A stretch of DNA of 64,000 bases, from positions 10,272-74,271 of the IMG/VR virus record IMGVR_UViG_3300044212_000014; one strand, written 5' to 3'. The DNA is from a virus (taxonomy: Duplodnaviria > Caudoviricetes). Below, in pieces: positions 29,449-39,218 of the stretch (positions are counted from its first letter, which is position 1; each line of letters begins with the position of its first letter). Under the pieces are notes generated by a model. The model ran no database searches. It saw only the letters and a program-made list of their open reading frames with translations, and was not told the DNA's origin. Both the position numbers and the translations under genes were made by a program.

Positions 29449-29629
29449 AGTTATCTTAGAATTACCAAAGAATCCTTCTCCATTAAAAGCCATTCGCAAG
29501 CACTGCCTACAGTGTGGAGATGGAACAACGTCTTGCGTTGCTGAGTGTGACTTAACCAAGTGTCCGCTACATCCTTACAGATTCGGCATGATGCCAGCAA
29601 CGTACATTGCAAAAAATAGTAAGAAATAG
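29432..29629 (+). CDS. Small Cys-rich hypothetical protein
   Basis: PLKAIRKHCLQC...C...CPLHPYRFG; GTG start. Confidence 0.55.
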   Translation: MRRKSKVILELPKNPSPLKAIRKHCLQCGDGTTSCVAECDLTKCPLHPYRFGMMPATYIAKNSKK

Positions 29630-29634
29630 CTACT

Positions 29635-29665
29635 GGGAGGGCGTGTAAGCGTCCTCTCATTTATG
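29635..29665 (+). terminator. Probable terminator hairpin
   Basis: GGGAGGGCG/CGTCCTCTC stem followed by ATTTATGTT. Confidence 0.55.
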
Positions 29666-29739
29666 TTAGGTATAATCTTATACCCATAATTCTTTATATT
29701 AAAAAAGCGCCCTGTGAGGGCGCATAAGGAGGATTTATT

Positions 29740-30219
29740 ATGAACAAAAACGGAGATGCGTTTAAAGCTAGGGAAATAGGACACGGGAATAGGCCCGGAA
29801 GAAAGGTTAAACGTAAACCAACAGTAAAGCAAGAAATATATGCGAAGAATGTTGTCGCTGGAGTGCCAAAGTGTGAGGCCGCAAAGATAGCAGGGTATGG
29901 CCCAACAGTATCCCCAGACAGATTCATAGGCGTAAAAGAAGCTATGGCTGATTGGCAACGTAAAATGACAAGGGAATTTATGAGCGACGCTCAGGAGATG
30001 AGACAGAATATGTTACAGCTTGCTAGAGAGTCTAGTTCAGATGCAGTCAGGTTCCAAGCCACTAAAGATATTTTAGATCGGGCAGGACTTAATCCAATTA
30101 ATAAAAGCCAGACAGAAAGCGCCAAGTATGTATCTGTTGAGTCCCGTTTCTCTCGTAATGCAATAGAACGGTACCAAAACGAGCTTAAAGAAGGACAAAA
30201 AGAAAAGGGTAGCAATTAG
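29740..30219 (+). CDS. Terminase small subunit-like protein
   Basis: HTH KQEIYAKNVVAGVPKCEAAKIAGY and AVRFQATKDILDRAG motif. Confidence 0.6.
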   Translation: MNKNGDAFKAREIGHGNRPGRKVKRKPTVKQEIYAKNVVAGVPKCEAAKIAGYGPTVSPDRFIGVKEAMADWQRKMTREFMSDAQEMRQNMLQLARESSSDAVRFQATKDILDRAGLNPINKSQTESAKYVSVESRFSRNAIERYQNELKEGQKEKGSN

Positions 30220-30237
30220 CTACCCTCTCTTTTTTTT
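30200..30237. terminator. Bidirectional terminator at convergence of plus and minus operons
   Basis: AGGGTAGC/GCTACCCT stem flanked by A-rich and T-rich tracts. Confidence 0.8.
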
Positions 30238-30445
30238 ACATAGAACCAGTATAAATATACATATATATTGAATATATAGACATCATTGTTAGTGCCAACG
30301 ACAAAACGAACATTACATACAGCAAATACAGATTTTCATTATAGTTTTTTTCTTTAATCTGTTCATACGCATTTGCGATACTCCATACTGACATAGGAAT
30401 GTAAAGTAGAAGTGTAGTAAGCCCCATGAAAAACACCGCTCCCAT
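30236..30445 (-). CDS. Small membrane protein
   Basis: Two hydrophobic segments. Confidence 0.55.
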   Translation of the reverse strand: MGAVFFMGLTTLLLYIPMSVWSIANAYEQIKEKNYNENLYLLYVMFVLSLALTMMSIYSIYMYIYTGSM

Positions 30446-31086
30446 TATTTATCGCCATCCAAACATTTAAGAAATACGTTTCCATGTTTATGCGCCCAAG
30501 GGAAGGTAGCTGTTTTAATGAAGTCTGATATTTCTTTATCATCAGGGTCTTTTATAGGAAGAATTTGAGCGAAGTGTGTCGGAGTCCAAGATAATTTCTC
30601 GTCTGTTCCTTCAAGTCTCCACTCGCCTTTCCATCTCCATGCTACTGCCCGCTTCCACTCTGCGCTGTCTACATCCATACCAACCAATACAATAGTACCA
30701 TCATTCGGGCAAGTATCAGAAACTTCATCCCATTTTTGCATCCATCTATCTCTTAAAACATTTTCTACTGCATCCACCGTCATATCTAATGAGCCAAAGT
30801 CCGTATATATGCGGTCAATTTTTTGTGTGTATTTGTCGTAGAATGTATTTTCGTCAATATAAAATACTTGATCACTGGGCGTATGTAGCACAACTCCCAT
30901 CTTTACCATTTTGATAACTCCCAAATCTGTGTCTATATTCCAGTTGCCGTTTTTATTTTTAAATACTCCTCCAGCCGAAATTATTTGTTCTAGCCATTCT
31001 GGATATTCTCCAAACTCAGGGGCATGGTCTTCTGGGATATAAGCTCTAACCGCGTCTATTGGCCCCGTTTTCTTATAGAATTTCAT
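30445..31086 (-). CDS. Hypothetical protein
   Basis: GGAGG RBS, coupled ORF. Confidence 0.6.
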   Translation of the reverse strand: MKFYKKTGPIDAVRAYIPEDHAPEFGEYPEWLEQIISAGGVFKNKNGNWNIDTDLGVIKMVKMGVVLHTPSDQVFYIDENTFYDKYTQKIDRIYTDFGSLDMTVDAVENVLRDRWMQKWDEVSDTCPNDGTIVLVGMDVDSAEWKRAVAWRWKGEWRLEGTDEKLSWTPTHFAQILPIKDPDDKEISDFIKTATFPWAHKHGNVFLKCLDGDK

Positions 31087-31376
31087 TATTTATTACCTCC
31101 GTCTTTAACACAAAGAACAATAAAAACAATTACATATATGAAAGGTACCACATATAAAAGAGCTATCCAAATACTCCATCCAATATCTCTCAATCTACGA
31201 ATGCAAAGCCCCCATAGGCACGCCATAGATATTACCATAACTGGTATTGATACTGCTTGAGGCCAATAACGACCAGCTATAAAGAATATAATGTACAATA
31301 TAATACTTCTTGAGAAAAACTCCATTCTTGTTACAGCTCCGGAAAAGCTAGCATACTTCTTAATTAATTCTCTCAT
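31086..31376 (-). CDS. DUF805 family membrane protein
   Basis: FSGAVTRMEFF, IRRLRDIGWS, three TM segments. Confidence 0.8.
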   Translation of the reverse strand: MRELIKKYASFSGAVTRMEFFSRSIILYIIFFIAGRYWPQAVSIPVMVISMACLWGLCIRRLRDIGWSIWIALLYVVPFIYVIVFIVLCVKDGGNK

Positions 31377-31438
31377 TTATTTCTCCTTATTCTTTAATAT
31401 AAAACCAAGCTGGATTTACAATATACATGTTACTTTAC

Positions 31439-31678
31439 CTATCCAAATTTTCTGTTGATTTCCTCAACCGCCTTTTTAAAATAATACTCTTTTAAATGCA
31501 ATACGTCAATGCTAGTATCCCAATCAGGTTCTTTTATAGAGCCTGTTAAATTATCTCTACATGCTAACGTAAATGCCATATATAGAATTTCGTCATGTCT
31601 ACTCTTATTCATCTTTAGATACCTCCGCATACATTGAAAGTAGACCATAATTAAGAATGATAATAATACTCCCCGCAA
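31439..31678 (-). CDS. Hypothetical protein (start probably internal, MNKSRH)
   Basis: ORF in operon order. Confidence 0.5.
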   Translation of the reverse strand: MRGVLLSFLIMVYFQCMRRYLKMNKSRHDEILYMAFTLACRDNLTGSIKEPDWDTSIDVLHLKEYYFKKAVEEINRKFG

Positions 31679-31826
31679 AACCTACCCCGAAAACATATAC
31701 TGTGTCAATTCCAAATATAGCTGATATAATAATGGCGATAGCTATCATATTTACCCATACCACGCCTATTTTTACAAACACCTTGTCTATTACTTCCTCT
31801 GATACTTTTATCCCAAAAACACTCAT
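31605..31826 (-). CDS. Small membrane protein
   Basis: GGAGG RBS, two TM segments. Confidence 0.55.
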   Translation of the reverse strand: MSVFGIKVSEEVIDKVFVKIGVVWVNMIAIAIIISAIFGIDTVYVFGVGFAGSIIIILNYGLLSMYAEVSKDE

Positions 31827-33004
31827 AATATACCCTCCATATCTAGTTCTTTCACAAAGCGCCGTATTCCTTTCTGCATTTCTATGCTATCTTTACAATA
31901 CAAGTTATAAATTGTTACGTCTCTATCTTGTGTAATACGGTGTATTCTATCTTGAGCCTGTTTACTTACAGATGGCGACCATAGATATTCTAAAAACACA
32001 GCCGTATCACTACTTGTTAGTGTTATACCTGTTGCAGAGGCTTGCAATGAACATACTATAACGGCCTTCTCTTTGTCTTGAAATTTCCTTACCGCCTCTT
32101 CTCTTTTATACATATCTTGACCGCCATATATACCAACAGCAATATCTTTGTACTGCTCGAAAATTTTAAACAGCAAGTCACGATGATGCACGAATATAAC
32201 TGGTCGTTTCCCATTATACAGCAGATTATTTATAAAGTCAATAGCCATTGGGAATTTTTCTTCATTTACTTTTTTCTGCTGTTCCTCCATTTCTTTAAAT
32301 GTAGTTGCGAATGGCTGTTTTATCTCAGCTATTGGAATGTCGATAATTTGTTTGCGGGGAAGGCATATCCCACATTCATCTTTTGTTCTCCGTATCATAT
32401 AGGAAGACAATAATTCTTTCAACTCTCTTTGGTTAGATGCCCCGCTATAATCCCATCCCCAACCACTGAATACGGGACTACAATATTTTTTATAAAACTT
32501 ATCATATCCACCAAACTTACAAAGTAGATTCATAATGTCAAGTTGTGGGGCTAAGTCTGATGGGCCGGATAACATTGGCGTGCCACTCAACATAAATACT
32601 TTTCGGGAAAATGACGTACATTCTTTGGCTAGTATATGCCGTTGTGAATATCTTCCCTTTAGGTAATGACACTCATCAAATACAATACCATGATACATTC
32701 CTCTTTTACACCACTCCTTAGCATACTTCAATCTCTCATAGTTTGTTACGGTTATTAGCCCACCGCAATAATTGTCCGGAACAATATCAATTCCCAACCA
32801 CTTCTTTATTTCGTTACACCAATTCAGCTTTAATGAAGCTGGACAGACTACCAAGAATCTTCTATTCTTTTCAAGGTGATGTTTTATTCCGAATAACATC
32901 GTTGCTGTTTTGCCTAGCCCCATCTCATCAGCTAATAATAATTGGTGTGACTTCTGGATAACCTTTACTGCTTCTTTCTGGTATGGTTTTAAGGACATCT
33001 CCAC
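31823..33004 (-). CDS. SNF2-family (HARP-like) helicase/annealing ATPase
   Basis: LADEMGLGKT, VVCPASLK, FDECH, LSGTP, QAQDRIHRI. Confidence 0.9.
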   Translation of the reverse strand: MEMSLKPYQKEAVKVIQKSHQLLLADEMGLGKTATMLFGIKHHLEKNRRFLVVCPASLKLNWCNEIKKWLGIDIVPDNYCGGLITVTNYERLKYAKEWCKRGMYHGIVFDECHYLKGRYSQRHILAKECTSFSRKVFMLSGTPMLSGPSDLAPQLDIMNLLCKFGGYDKFYKKYCSPVFSGWGWDYSGASNQRELKELLSSYMIRRTKDECGICLPRKQIIDIPIAEIKQPFATTFKEMEEQQKKVNEEKFPMAIDFINNLLYNGKRPVIFVHHRDLLFKIFEQYKDIAVGIYGGQDMYKREEAVRKFQDKEKAVIVCSLQASATGITLTSSDTAVFLEYLWSPSVSKQAQDRIHRITQDRDVTIYNLYCKDSIEMQKGIRRFVKELDMEGIL

Positions 33005-33021
33005 CTCCTATTATATCATAC

Positions 33022-33315
33022 TTAATCTTCAGTATCAAGTCTTAAATAACAAATATCCCCATATATTTTTTCTAGCCCGTTCATATAGCAATGATACTTA
33101 CACACTCCGGGCCTTCCCAACACTTTGCATCCAAATGTCCCATTCCTCTGTATTTGGGCATACTTTATACACGCATACTTCCCAGCTTTTATTGCCATGA
33201 GCCTCTGTACTGACTCTACCAAGTTGTGTCTTCTTGTGTTGTATCCTCTTACGCTACCTGTTAGGAGTGCCAACTCTACATTCGTCACATTAAACCTCCC
33301 TATCCCATCTTGCAC
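33022..33315 (-). CDS. Hypothetical protein
   Basis: ORF in operon order. Confidence 0.5.
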   Translation of the reverse strand: MQDGIGRFNVTNVELALLTGSVRGYNTRRHNLVESVQRLMAIKAGKYACIKYAQIQRNGTFGCKVLGRPGVCKYHCYMNGLEKIYGDICYLRLDTED

Positions 33316-33707
33316 TTACTCCAAAACCCAGCGTTACCATAGTGCATGACATATTGCAATTTCATTTCGTCACGATACTTTACTTCTCCCCCAAGTTGTT
33401 TTATAATATATTGCCTATCACTTATAATATGAGCGATAAGTGTTTCCAACTTATCCACGGGAAAAAATATTCTCTTAACCCCATTATTCTTATATATCCT
33501 CATTTCCCCCACTTTACCAACTTCTACATTATACCGATAAGATAAACCTTTCTTGCCTTTGTGGTCTGCAATGCGAATTGTATGGAGAACCCCATAATCC
33601 ACCTTTATATATATACTTGATGTCGTCATTGCGTGGTAGTACTGCACGGTAATTCCATGCTTTTTTAGCTTATTAATTAGATACTCGCAAATTTGTTCTG
33701 CTTTCAT
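33300..33707 (-). CDS. Hypothetical protein
   Basis: ORF in operon order. Confidence 0.55.
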   Translation of the reverse strand: MKAEQICEYLINKLKKHGITVQYYHAMTTSSIYIKVDYGVLHTIRIADHKGKKGLSYRYNVEVGKVGEMRIYKNNGVKRIFFPVDKLETLIAHIISDRQYIIKQLGGEVKYRDEMKLQYVMHYGNAGFWSKCKMG

Positions 33708-33733
33708 ATTTTTCCTGATTACCTTTCCAATAA

Positions 33734-33940
33734 TTATCGCCCCCCGTAAAACAATTCTAGCATTTCTCTTTCATATATCGCAATAGACTTTATGCCCATC
33801 CTCGATCGTATACCATACATGATAGTCATATGTAGTAATTCGCTATATTCCGGTTGGGTATTTTTTGACGGTTTCATCTCTTGAAGGGCTTTGGTCATTA
33901 TTGCCAACTCCGTAATCGATTTGTCTCTCCGAAATATCAT
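33734..33940 (-). CDS. Hypothetical protein
   Basis: Coupled ORF. Confidence 0.5.
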   Translation of the reverse strand: MIFRRDKSITELAIMTKALQEMKPSKNTQPEYSELLHMTIMYGIRSRMGIKSIAIYEREMLELFYGGR

Positions 33941-34158
33941 TGTAACAACTCCCTCAGTTTTTCTTTTATGTCCTGAAAATTATCTCCTATTATCATCCCA
34001 ATACCATTCCCATATATTTCATTCTTTTTTGTCGCATCTTTAAAACTCCCGTATCTCCTATATATGGAAGTAATGTCTGCTAGCCGTTCTATTATTTTAT
34101 TCAGTGAATAATTGGCATCTGGGAATTTATTTTTGGCTATATCTAAAGTCTGTTGCAT
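33937..34158 (-). CDS. Hypothetical protein
   Basis: GGAG RBS. Confidence 0.5.
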   Translation of the reverse strand: MQQTLDIAKNKFPDANYSLNKIIERLADITSIYRRYGSFKDATKKNEIYGNGIGMIIGDNFQDIKEKLRELLQ

Positions 34159-34165
34159 AACTATA

Positions 34166-34381
34166 TCAACTCCTAAGTTGTTTCATTTCTTTCTCCAAGT
34201 CTTTAAGTATGATAAAACGACCCCCAACCAATGTCCGATATGGCATTGGTCGCGTATCATACCGATTAAAATAATATCTTGCTAGGGTTAACATCCCATT
34301 ATAATCTTTTGCCTGATATCTACTACGACCGTTAATTCTTAATAAATGGGAAACGTATGCTAATTTTTTATTTCTATACAT
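34166..34381 (-). CDS. Hypothetical basic protein
   Basis: GAGGTG RBS before MYRNKK. Confidence 0.5.
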   Translation of the reverse strand: MYRNKKLAYVSHLLRINGRSRYQAKDYNGMLTLARYYFNRYDTRPMPYRTLVGGRFIILKDLEKEMKQLRS

Positions 34382-34391
34382 GTTTACACCT

Positions 34392-34601
34392 CTATTGTGA
34401 TAAAAGTAAATTAAGTCTTGCAAAAACTGGATATGTCCTAAAAAAACTCCCGCAAACAATTATCGACGGCACTAATTCTCCGTGCCATAAGAATGTTTTA
34501 TACAATGGGGCGAAAGACAGTGCCTCGTCGTTACTTCTAAATTCATCTGTCCTGTTCTGTATGTATACTGTCATTATGGTAAGTTCTTTTATATTATACA
34601 C
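34392..34601 (-). CDS. Hypothetical protein
   Basis: GGAGGG RBS before GTG. Confidence 0.45.
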   Translation of the reverse strand: MYNIKELTIMTVYIQNRTDEFRSNDEALSFAPLYKTFLWHGELVPSIIVCGSFFRTYPVFARLNLLLSQ

Positions 34602-34643
34602 GATACCCTCCAAAGGGGACGGGGGAAAGAATCCCCCATCTTA

Positions 34644-35612
34644 CTAAATCTGTTTGAATGGTAATAATCTTGTAATCCCCTGTTCTATCTTGACTTCAAT
34701 AGTACCTTCTGGAACCATACTAGAGCAATCATCTTCATAGAACGTTAAGAGGATGTCTCCATCGTCCGTGGGGATATTGTCTTGAACCAAGATGTCATAC
34801 TTAGTTTCAAAAGCCGCCGCGATCTTATCAAGGTCTTTTTGGTTTATGCCTGTCCCTGACACTTTGACAATACCATATACTTCATACTCGTTTACTGGCA
34901 ATTCTTTCAATTTCTTTTTATCTTTCTTGTAATTAACTACCGAAGCCACGCTACCATTTGTCGAGGCTTTCTTATTGTTTTTATATGAATACCCCTTGTA
35001 GTCATAGCCACAACCGCAATTATCCCAACTCCCCTGATACACATACGATTTGTATGAAGAGTTGCTGTACAGGGCTTTGCTATCTCTACTCTGCACAAAC
35101 GCACCACTTGTAACAGTCTTATCCGGTGTCATAAAGGCAAACCGAGACGTAGTATAGAGTTCCAACAAATCAATCGTTACGGCTTCTGTGAGGCGTTCTC
35201 CCAACCGACTAAGGATTTCTTTGTCAAACACCATTGTGTCCGACTGTTTGGATGACATACCACCCTTAGGAGTAAATTCTGTAAGAATACCATTGTGAGC
35301 GAATGCAGACGTTGAGTTAGCGGATACGAGAGCCATCTCTTTATAATTATCTGTGATGGGGAATGGATGGCAACACGCACCAGACACTTTCCCCGACGTT
35401 GCAATTCGGAAGTGGAATACACGGTCAACATCTTTCGGTACCGTCCGTGCCATAGCCCAGAAATCATCAAACGTCATAAACCCTTTCTCAATGTGGACGT
35501 GATCTCCCTGTTGAAACATCATACCAGCCCCGTCATGATTTACACGGAAACATTCTTTCAATTCTTTCTTGTTTAAGTCCAAACCTTTTTTATATACAGC
35601 GATTACGCACAT
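34644..35612 (-). CDS. Class II (Ntn) glutamine amidotransferase
   Basis: N-terminal MC, NHDGAG, FHFRIATSG, CHPF, AHNG, SDT motifs. Confidence 0.88.
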   Translation of the reverse strand: MCVIAVYKKGLDLNKKELKECFRVNHDGAGMMFQQGDHVHIEKGFMTFDDFWAMARTVPKDVDRVFHFRIATSGKVSGACCHPFPITDNYKEMALVSANSTSAFAHNGILTEFTPKGGMSSKQSDTMVFDKEILSRLGERLTEAVTIDLLELYTTSRFAFMTPDKTVTSGAFVQSRDSKALYSNSSYKSYVYQGSWDNCGCGYDYKGYSYKNNKKASTNGSVASVVNYKKDKKKLKELPVNEYEVYGIVKVSGTGINQKDLDKIAAAFETKYDILVQDNIPTDDGDILLTFYEDDCSSMVPEGTIEVKIEQGITRLLPFKQI

Positions 35613-35647
35613 AGTATTTTCTCCTTTTTAATACCAAATATAATATA

Positions 35648-37168
35648 TTAACCTACCTGAGTGTAGTCATACCCATTAACTTGAGGGCTTTCGAAATCAG
35701 CGTCAAGTTCTGCGATAAAATGCTCACAATTTCCATCCTCAACAGCAACCTCTCTGATGTCATCCCATCCGAAATTGCTTTTACCACTCTTAGCCGTTAG
35801 TGATAGGGCATGAGCAAACTCGATAATGGCCCACATGTGACTTGCTTCGTTTGTTGTCTTAAAGAATCGGAGTTCCAAGTTACTAGAGTTACTAAGGTTT
35901 ACGGCGGAACAATGCCGTTCCAACGTATCAATAACCCCGCTTGTACTAAGCCCATCAACACAGTGATGTTCGCAATACCCAGTTCGGTTTGGATTACGTC
36001 TACCAAACTTTATGCAGTCTGCATAGTGAGTCATTACGAATACCCCAATTTCAGCAACCGCGTCTTTACCTAGCGGTGCGTTAGAGATATGAACATGGAT
36101 ACCTGAGCTATCATCCGGCGACAACCCTTCTTTGTTTAGAATGTCCATGTATGTATCCAAATCCTGAGTTTGTTTCCAGTACTTGAATGTCATAGCGTCA
36201 CTGATAATTTCCATCCCGTCATGCACGGAAGAATCTGTTTCTATCTTCCGACTGAACATATCGGTTAATTTCTTAGCTAAATATCCGTTCCGGCCTACGT
36301 TTGGCACTTCATGTTCCACGCCAATGTAGATATTCTTGCTAAGTGGGTTCCCCCTGTTACTACCGAGACTGATAAACCGTGGGTCTCTACTGCCATGATA
36401 ACCATGGATATAATCTGTGTAACGTTCCCCGAAGCAGGAATGGCACCACACTTCCCCACTCTCTTCATCTGTCTCCATCTGATCGGCAAGATGATAATCT
36501 CCGCAATTACTGCACTGTAAAATTTCTCCTCTCTCTACTGCGGTATGTAAGCATGACTGGCAATACCACTGCCCGTCTACCACTCTCATATCAGACTTCT
36601 TGTGCCATTCTCCGCACGCGGAGCATTGCTTGTATTGTGTTGCGCATTTTGCGCATATATGATGAGTACCGACATCTTTCATTTCACTTTCTGGAACCCA
36701 TTTACCGCAATCAGGGCATTGTACAAAACTAGCTCGGCATGTTTCACAAATATAACCATTATGTTCTGTAGCTCCAAGATCATCAAAGTCATGTAACTCT
36801 CCGCACACGGAGCAAGCAATCTTGAATCGACTCAGATCACTCAGATTTACAACAAACGGACGATCTTCCCATTCAATCAGCGCCAACTTATATTCATCAT
36901 TTACTGCCAAAACCTTAACAACTTTTTTTTCACTCATATTGTCTTCTCCTATTGTAATTTTATCCAAATGTGTAATATCTATAAATAATCCTCTGTTGCT
37001 TTTTATCCTACCTAGCAAGCTATTACCCATGAATGGCTTTTCTCCGAAAGGGAATACCACACAGGCAAATGGTTCTGAAATGTCTATAACAACCCCCTGT
37101 CTGCCAACCCACTCATTAAATTCGGGGTCTGCTACCCTTATAATATCTCTAATATTAATGTCTTCCAT
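35648..37168 (-). CDS. Putative amidoligase (glutamine-synthetase-like COOH-NH2 ligase) with N-terminal CxxC zinc ribbons
   Basis: YIGVEHEV, ETDSSV..GMEIIS, SSGIHVHIS, LELRFF; eight CxxC pairs upstream. Confidence 0.8.
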   Translation of the reverse strand: MEDINIRDIIRVADPEFNEWVGRQGVVIDISEPFACVVFPFGEKPFMGNSLLGRIKSNRGLFIDITHLDKITIGEDNMSEKKVVKVLAVNDEYKLALIEWEDRPFVVNLSDLSRFKIACSVCGELHDFDDLGATEHNGYICETCRASFVQCPDCGKWVPESEMKDVGTHHICAKCATQYKQCSACGEWHKKSDMRVVDGQWYCQSCLHTAVERGEILQCSNCGDYHLADQMETDEESGEVWCHSCFGERYTDYIHGYHGSRDPRFISLGSNRGNPLSKNIYIGVEHEVPNVGRNGYLAKKLTDMFSRKIETDSSVHDGMEIISDAMTFKYWKQTQDLDTYMDILNKEGLSPDDSSGIHVHISNAPLGKDAVAEIGVFVMTHYADCIKFGRRNPNRTGYCEHHCVDGLSTSGVIDTLERHCSAVNLSNSSNLELRFFKTTNEASHMWAIIEFAHALSLTAKSGKSNFGWDDIREVAVEDGNCEHFIAELDADFESPQVNGYDYTQVG

Positions 37169-37176
37169 TTATCCTC

Positions 37177-37458
37177 CTATGAAAATAATTCCCCCCATTC
37201 CTTGTCTATAGCTCTAATCGAGAACATCCAACATCTATCACAATCGGCATTAGCGGGTATGGTGCAGATGTTGTCTGGCGGGCATCCATTGTGGAACCAT
37301 GTACTATCGTCCCAGTTTTTATTTATTACTATATCTGAATAATAAATCTCCGTTGTTCTTATTGTTGTTCTCCAACCCTCTAAAATACTTCGTTTGAAAA
37401 CCATAGACCTATATTTTATAGTCAACACCTTTAACCCAATCCTTGATATCTCCTTCAT
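37177..37458 (-). CDS. CxxCW-family small protein 1
   Basis: GCPPDNICTIPANADCDRCW. Confidence 0.6.
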   Translation of the reverse strand: MKEISRIGLKVLTIKYRSMVFKRSILEGWRTTIRTTEIYYSDIVINKNWDDSTWFHNGCPPDNICTIPANADCDRCWMFSIRAIDKEWGELFS

Positions 37459-37477
37459 TTGTCCTCCTCTCGCCTAT

Positions 37478-37505
37478 ATTATATCACGTCCATATGATTT
37501 GTCAA
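37478..37505 (-). promoter_or_regulatory. Sigma70-type promoter upstream of CxxCW-1/amidoligase/GATase
   Basis: TTGACA-17-TATAAT with TG on minus strand. Confidence 0.8.
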
Positions 37506-37741
37506 GTAAAAAGTTTTTTTATGTCCTCTCTCACCTCTCTCTTTTTGGTGTGCCAACAAGCGCAACAATTATTTACAAGGCAACGATTAACATTATCATA
37601 GTCGGCACAACAAGTCTCTTTAAAGCCAGCTAGAATCTCATTTTCAATTCTAAACCACGAAGATAACCCCCCACTTTCTCTATAACTTCTAGCAACTACG
37701 GTTAGTTCGATTAGCTTCCTTCTCGACATGTTTTTTATCAT
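37502..37741 (-). CDS. CxxCW-family small protein 2
   Basis: CCADYDNVNRCLVNNCCACW; GAGGT RBS before MIKNM. Confidence 0.6.
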   Translation of the reverse strand: MIKNMSRRKLIELTVVARSYRESGGLSSWFRIENEILAGFKETCCADYDNVNRCLVNNCCACWHTKKREVREDIKKLFT

Positions 37742-38004
37742 GTATCTACCTCGTAAAAAAGCGTATCTATCTCTTTTTTTACCACGTTTAGGGACAGCTC
37801 CCAGCAATCTTTGCATTGGATATTGTCGCAAGCGTCTGGACGATAAGAGTGGGCGCAAAGACAATGGCGAATTCTATCAAAACCCATTTCTTTCATAGCG
37901 CTAATTGGCCTCTCTAACATATCTTTGTCACATACGTTATCCCTATAGCTTCTTATGAGAGTGGTTAATATTACCATCTGATAACGGCTTAATTTGTTCT
38001 CCAC
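37738..38004 (-). CDS. CxxCW-family small protein 3
   Basis: CLCAHSYRPDACDNIQCKDCW. Confidence 0.6.
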   Translation of the reverse strand: MENKLSRYQMVILTTLIRSYRDNVCDKDMLERPISAMKEMGFDRIRHCLCAHSYRPDACDNIQCKDCWELSLNVVKKEIDTLFYEVDT

Positions 38005-38010
38005 ACCTAA

Positions 38011-38301
38011 TCACCTTTTCCCCAACAGCTTGTTATTCTCTTTCTGCCTTTTTAATACTTTATCTTCCCAGCAATCGTGGCACAATATTCTACCACAGGG
38101 ATATCTCGGTTCGCAACAGCCAATTATACCCCAAGGTAATCTCCCATCTCGGTACCGTTTTTTAGCCATGCTCTGTATACTTTCCCACGTTTTGCCTATG
38201 TATTGTGGAGTTATTTCTTCCCCAGCCCGCTTACTAACTTCTACCCATATAGATAGTATAGCGAGTTTCCTACTGTTCGTTAGCCTCATCACCAAAATCA
38301 A
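38011..38301 (-). CDS. CxxCW-family small protein 4
   Basis: GCCEPRYPCGRILCHDCW. Confidence 0.6.
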   Translation of the reverse strand: MILVMRLTNSRKLAILSIWVEVSKRAGEEITPQYIGKTWESIQSMAKKRYRDGRLPWGIIGCCEPRYPCGRILCHDCWEDKVLKRQKENNKLLGKR

Positions 38302-38647
38302 CTCCTAACAACTTATACTCCTTTTCTATTTCAAGTTCCTCTTGCTTAAAACATCCCATGCAACCTCCTTCTGGACACTCTGCGCATATATGTTTTGTTC
38401 CATCAGAGAAGTATTTAGTATAGAGATTGGTACAGTTACAGCCGTGATTATGCCAAGCCTCAAATTTGTCATCCCAATAATCATCCATAGCTTCTTCTAC
38501 TATATTCCCGAAGGTGTGGCCTATCTTATTCATTTTTCCGCACGGCCCTTCATTTGACGGTGGCATCCCCTCTTCCCTTCTTAGCTCCGCCATCCTAATT
38601 TTCGCCCTCTCCATACTCACGATATATAATATTTGTTGTCTATTCAT
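38270..38647 (-). CDS. CxxCF-family small protein 5
   Basis: HGCNC...CAECPEGGCMGCF; clear paralog of 38657. Confidence 0.6.
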   Translation of the reverse strand: MNRQQILYIVSMERAKIRMAELRREEGMPPSNEGPCGKMNKIGHTFGNIVEEAMDDYWDDKFEAWHNHGCNCTNLYTKYFSDGTKHICAECPEGGCMGCFKQEELEIEKEYKLLGVDFGDEANEQ

Positions 38648-38656
38648 TATACCTCC

Positions 38657-38965
38657 TTATTCGTCGCCAAATGGTACCCCCAGCAACTTATAGTCTTCTT
38701 CTATTTCTTTTCTATCCTCATCAAAACACTCCTTACAAGCGCCGGAATAGTCCCTTGTGCAATCACCTACCATAGATATCCTCCTACAATTACATCCGTG
38801 TCCCATGTCGGCCTTAAAGTTACTCTTCGCATCAGCATAGGAAACAAGTTCATCAAATGTCATCCGCGTGGAATCATTCGGCCCTATGTTATCTAATCCG
38901 AGTTGTTTCTTCCTTCTTTTTGCAAGCTCCATGCACACTAAGTATAATATTTTCTCTTGTTCCAT
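38657..38965 (-). CDS. CxxCF-family small protein 6
   Basis: HGCNCRRISMVGDCTRDYSGACKECF. Confidence 0.6.
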   Translation of the reverse strand: MEQEKILYLVCMELAKRRKKQLGLDNIGPNDSTRMTFDELVSYADAKSNFKADMGHGCNCRRISMVGDCTRDYSGACKECFDEDRKEIEEDYKLLGVPFGDE

Positions 38966-38974
38966 TTGCCCTCC

Positions 38975-39202
38975 TTACGAAAGGTGATATGCTAGAGTTT
39001 CGGGGTCGCGAGAAGAAATGTAGTTAAACATCTTTTCTGCGGAAGAAAACTGAATGCTTCTACCTTTTGTTTTTACGTAAAAAGTACCTTTATACTTCTC
39101 GAACCGAATCCCAGCCTTGCGAAATTTTCTTTCAAAAGACAATGACTTTAACCAATACTTACGGTCAACATATCTCTTTTTTAAAATAAACATTGTTATC
39201 AT
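38975..39202 (-). CDS. Hypothetical basic protein
   Basis: ORF downstream of its own promoter. Confidence 0.5.
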   Translation of the reverse strand: MITMFILKKRYVDRKYWLKSLSFERKFRKAGIRFEKYKGTFYVKTKGRSIQFSSAEKMFNYISSRDPETLAYHLS

Positions 39203-39218
39203 CCCTCTTTCTTTGTGT

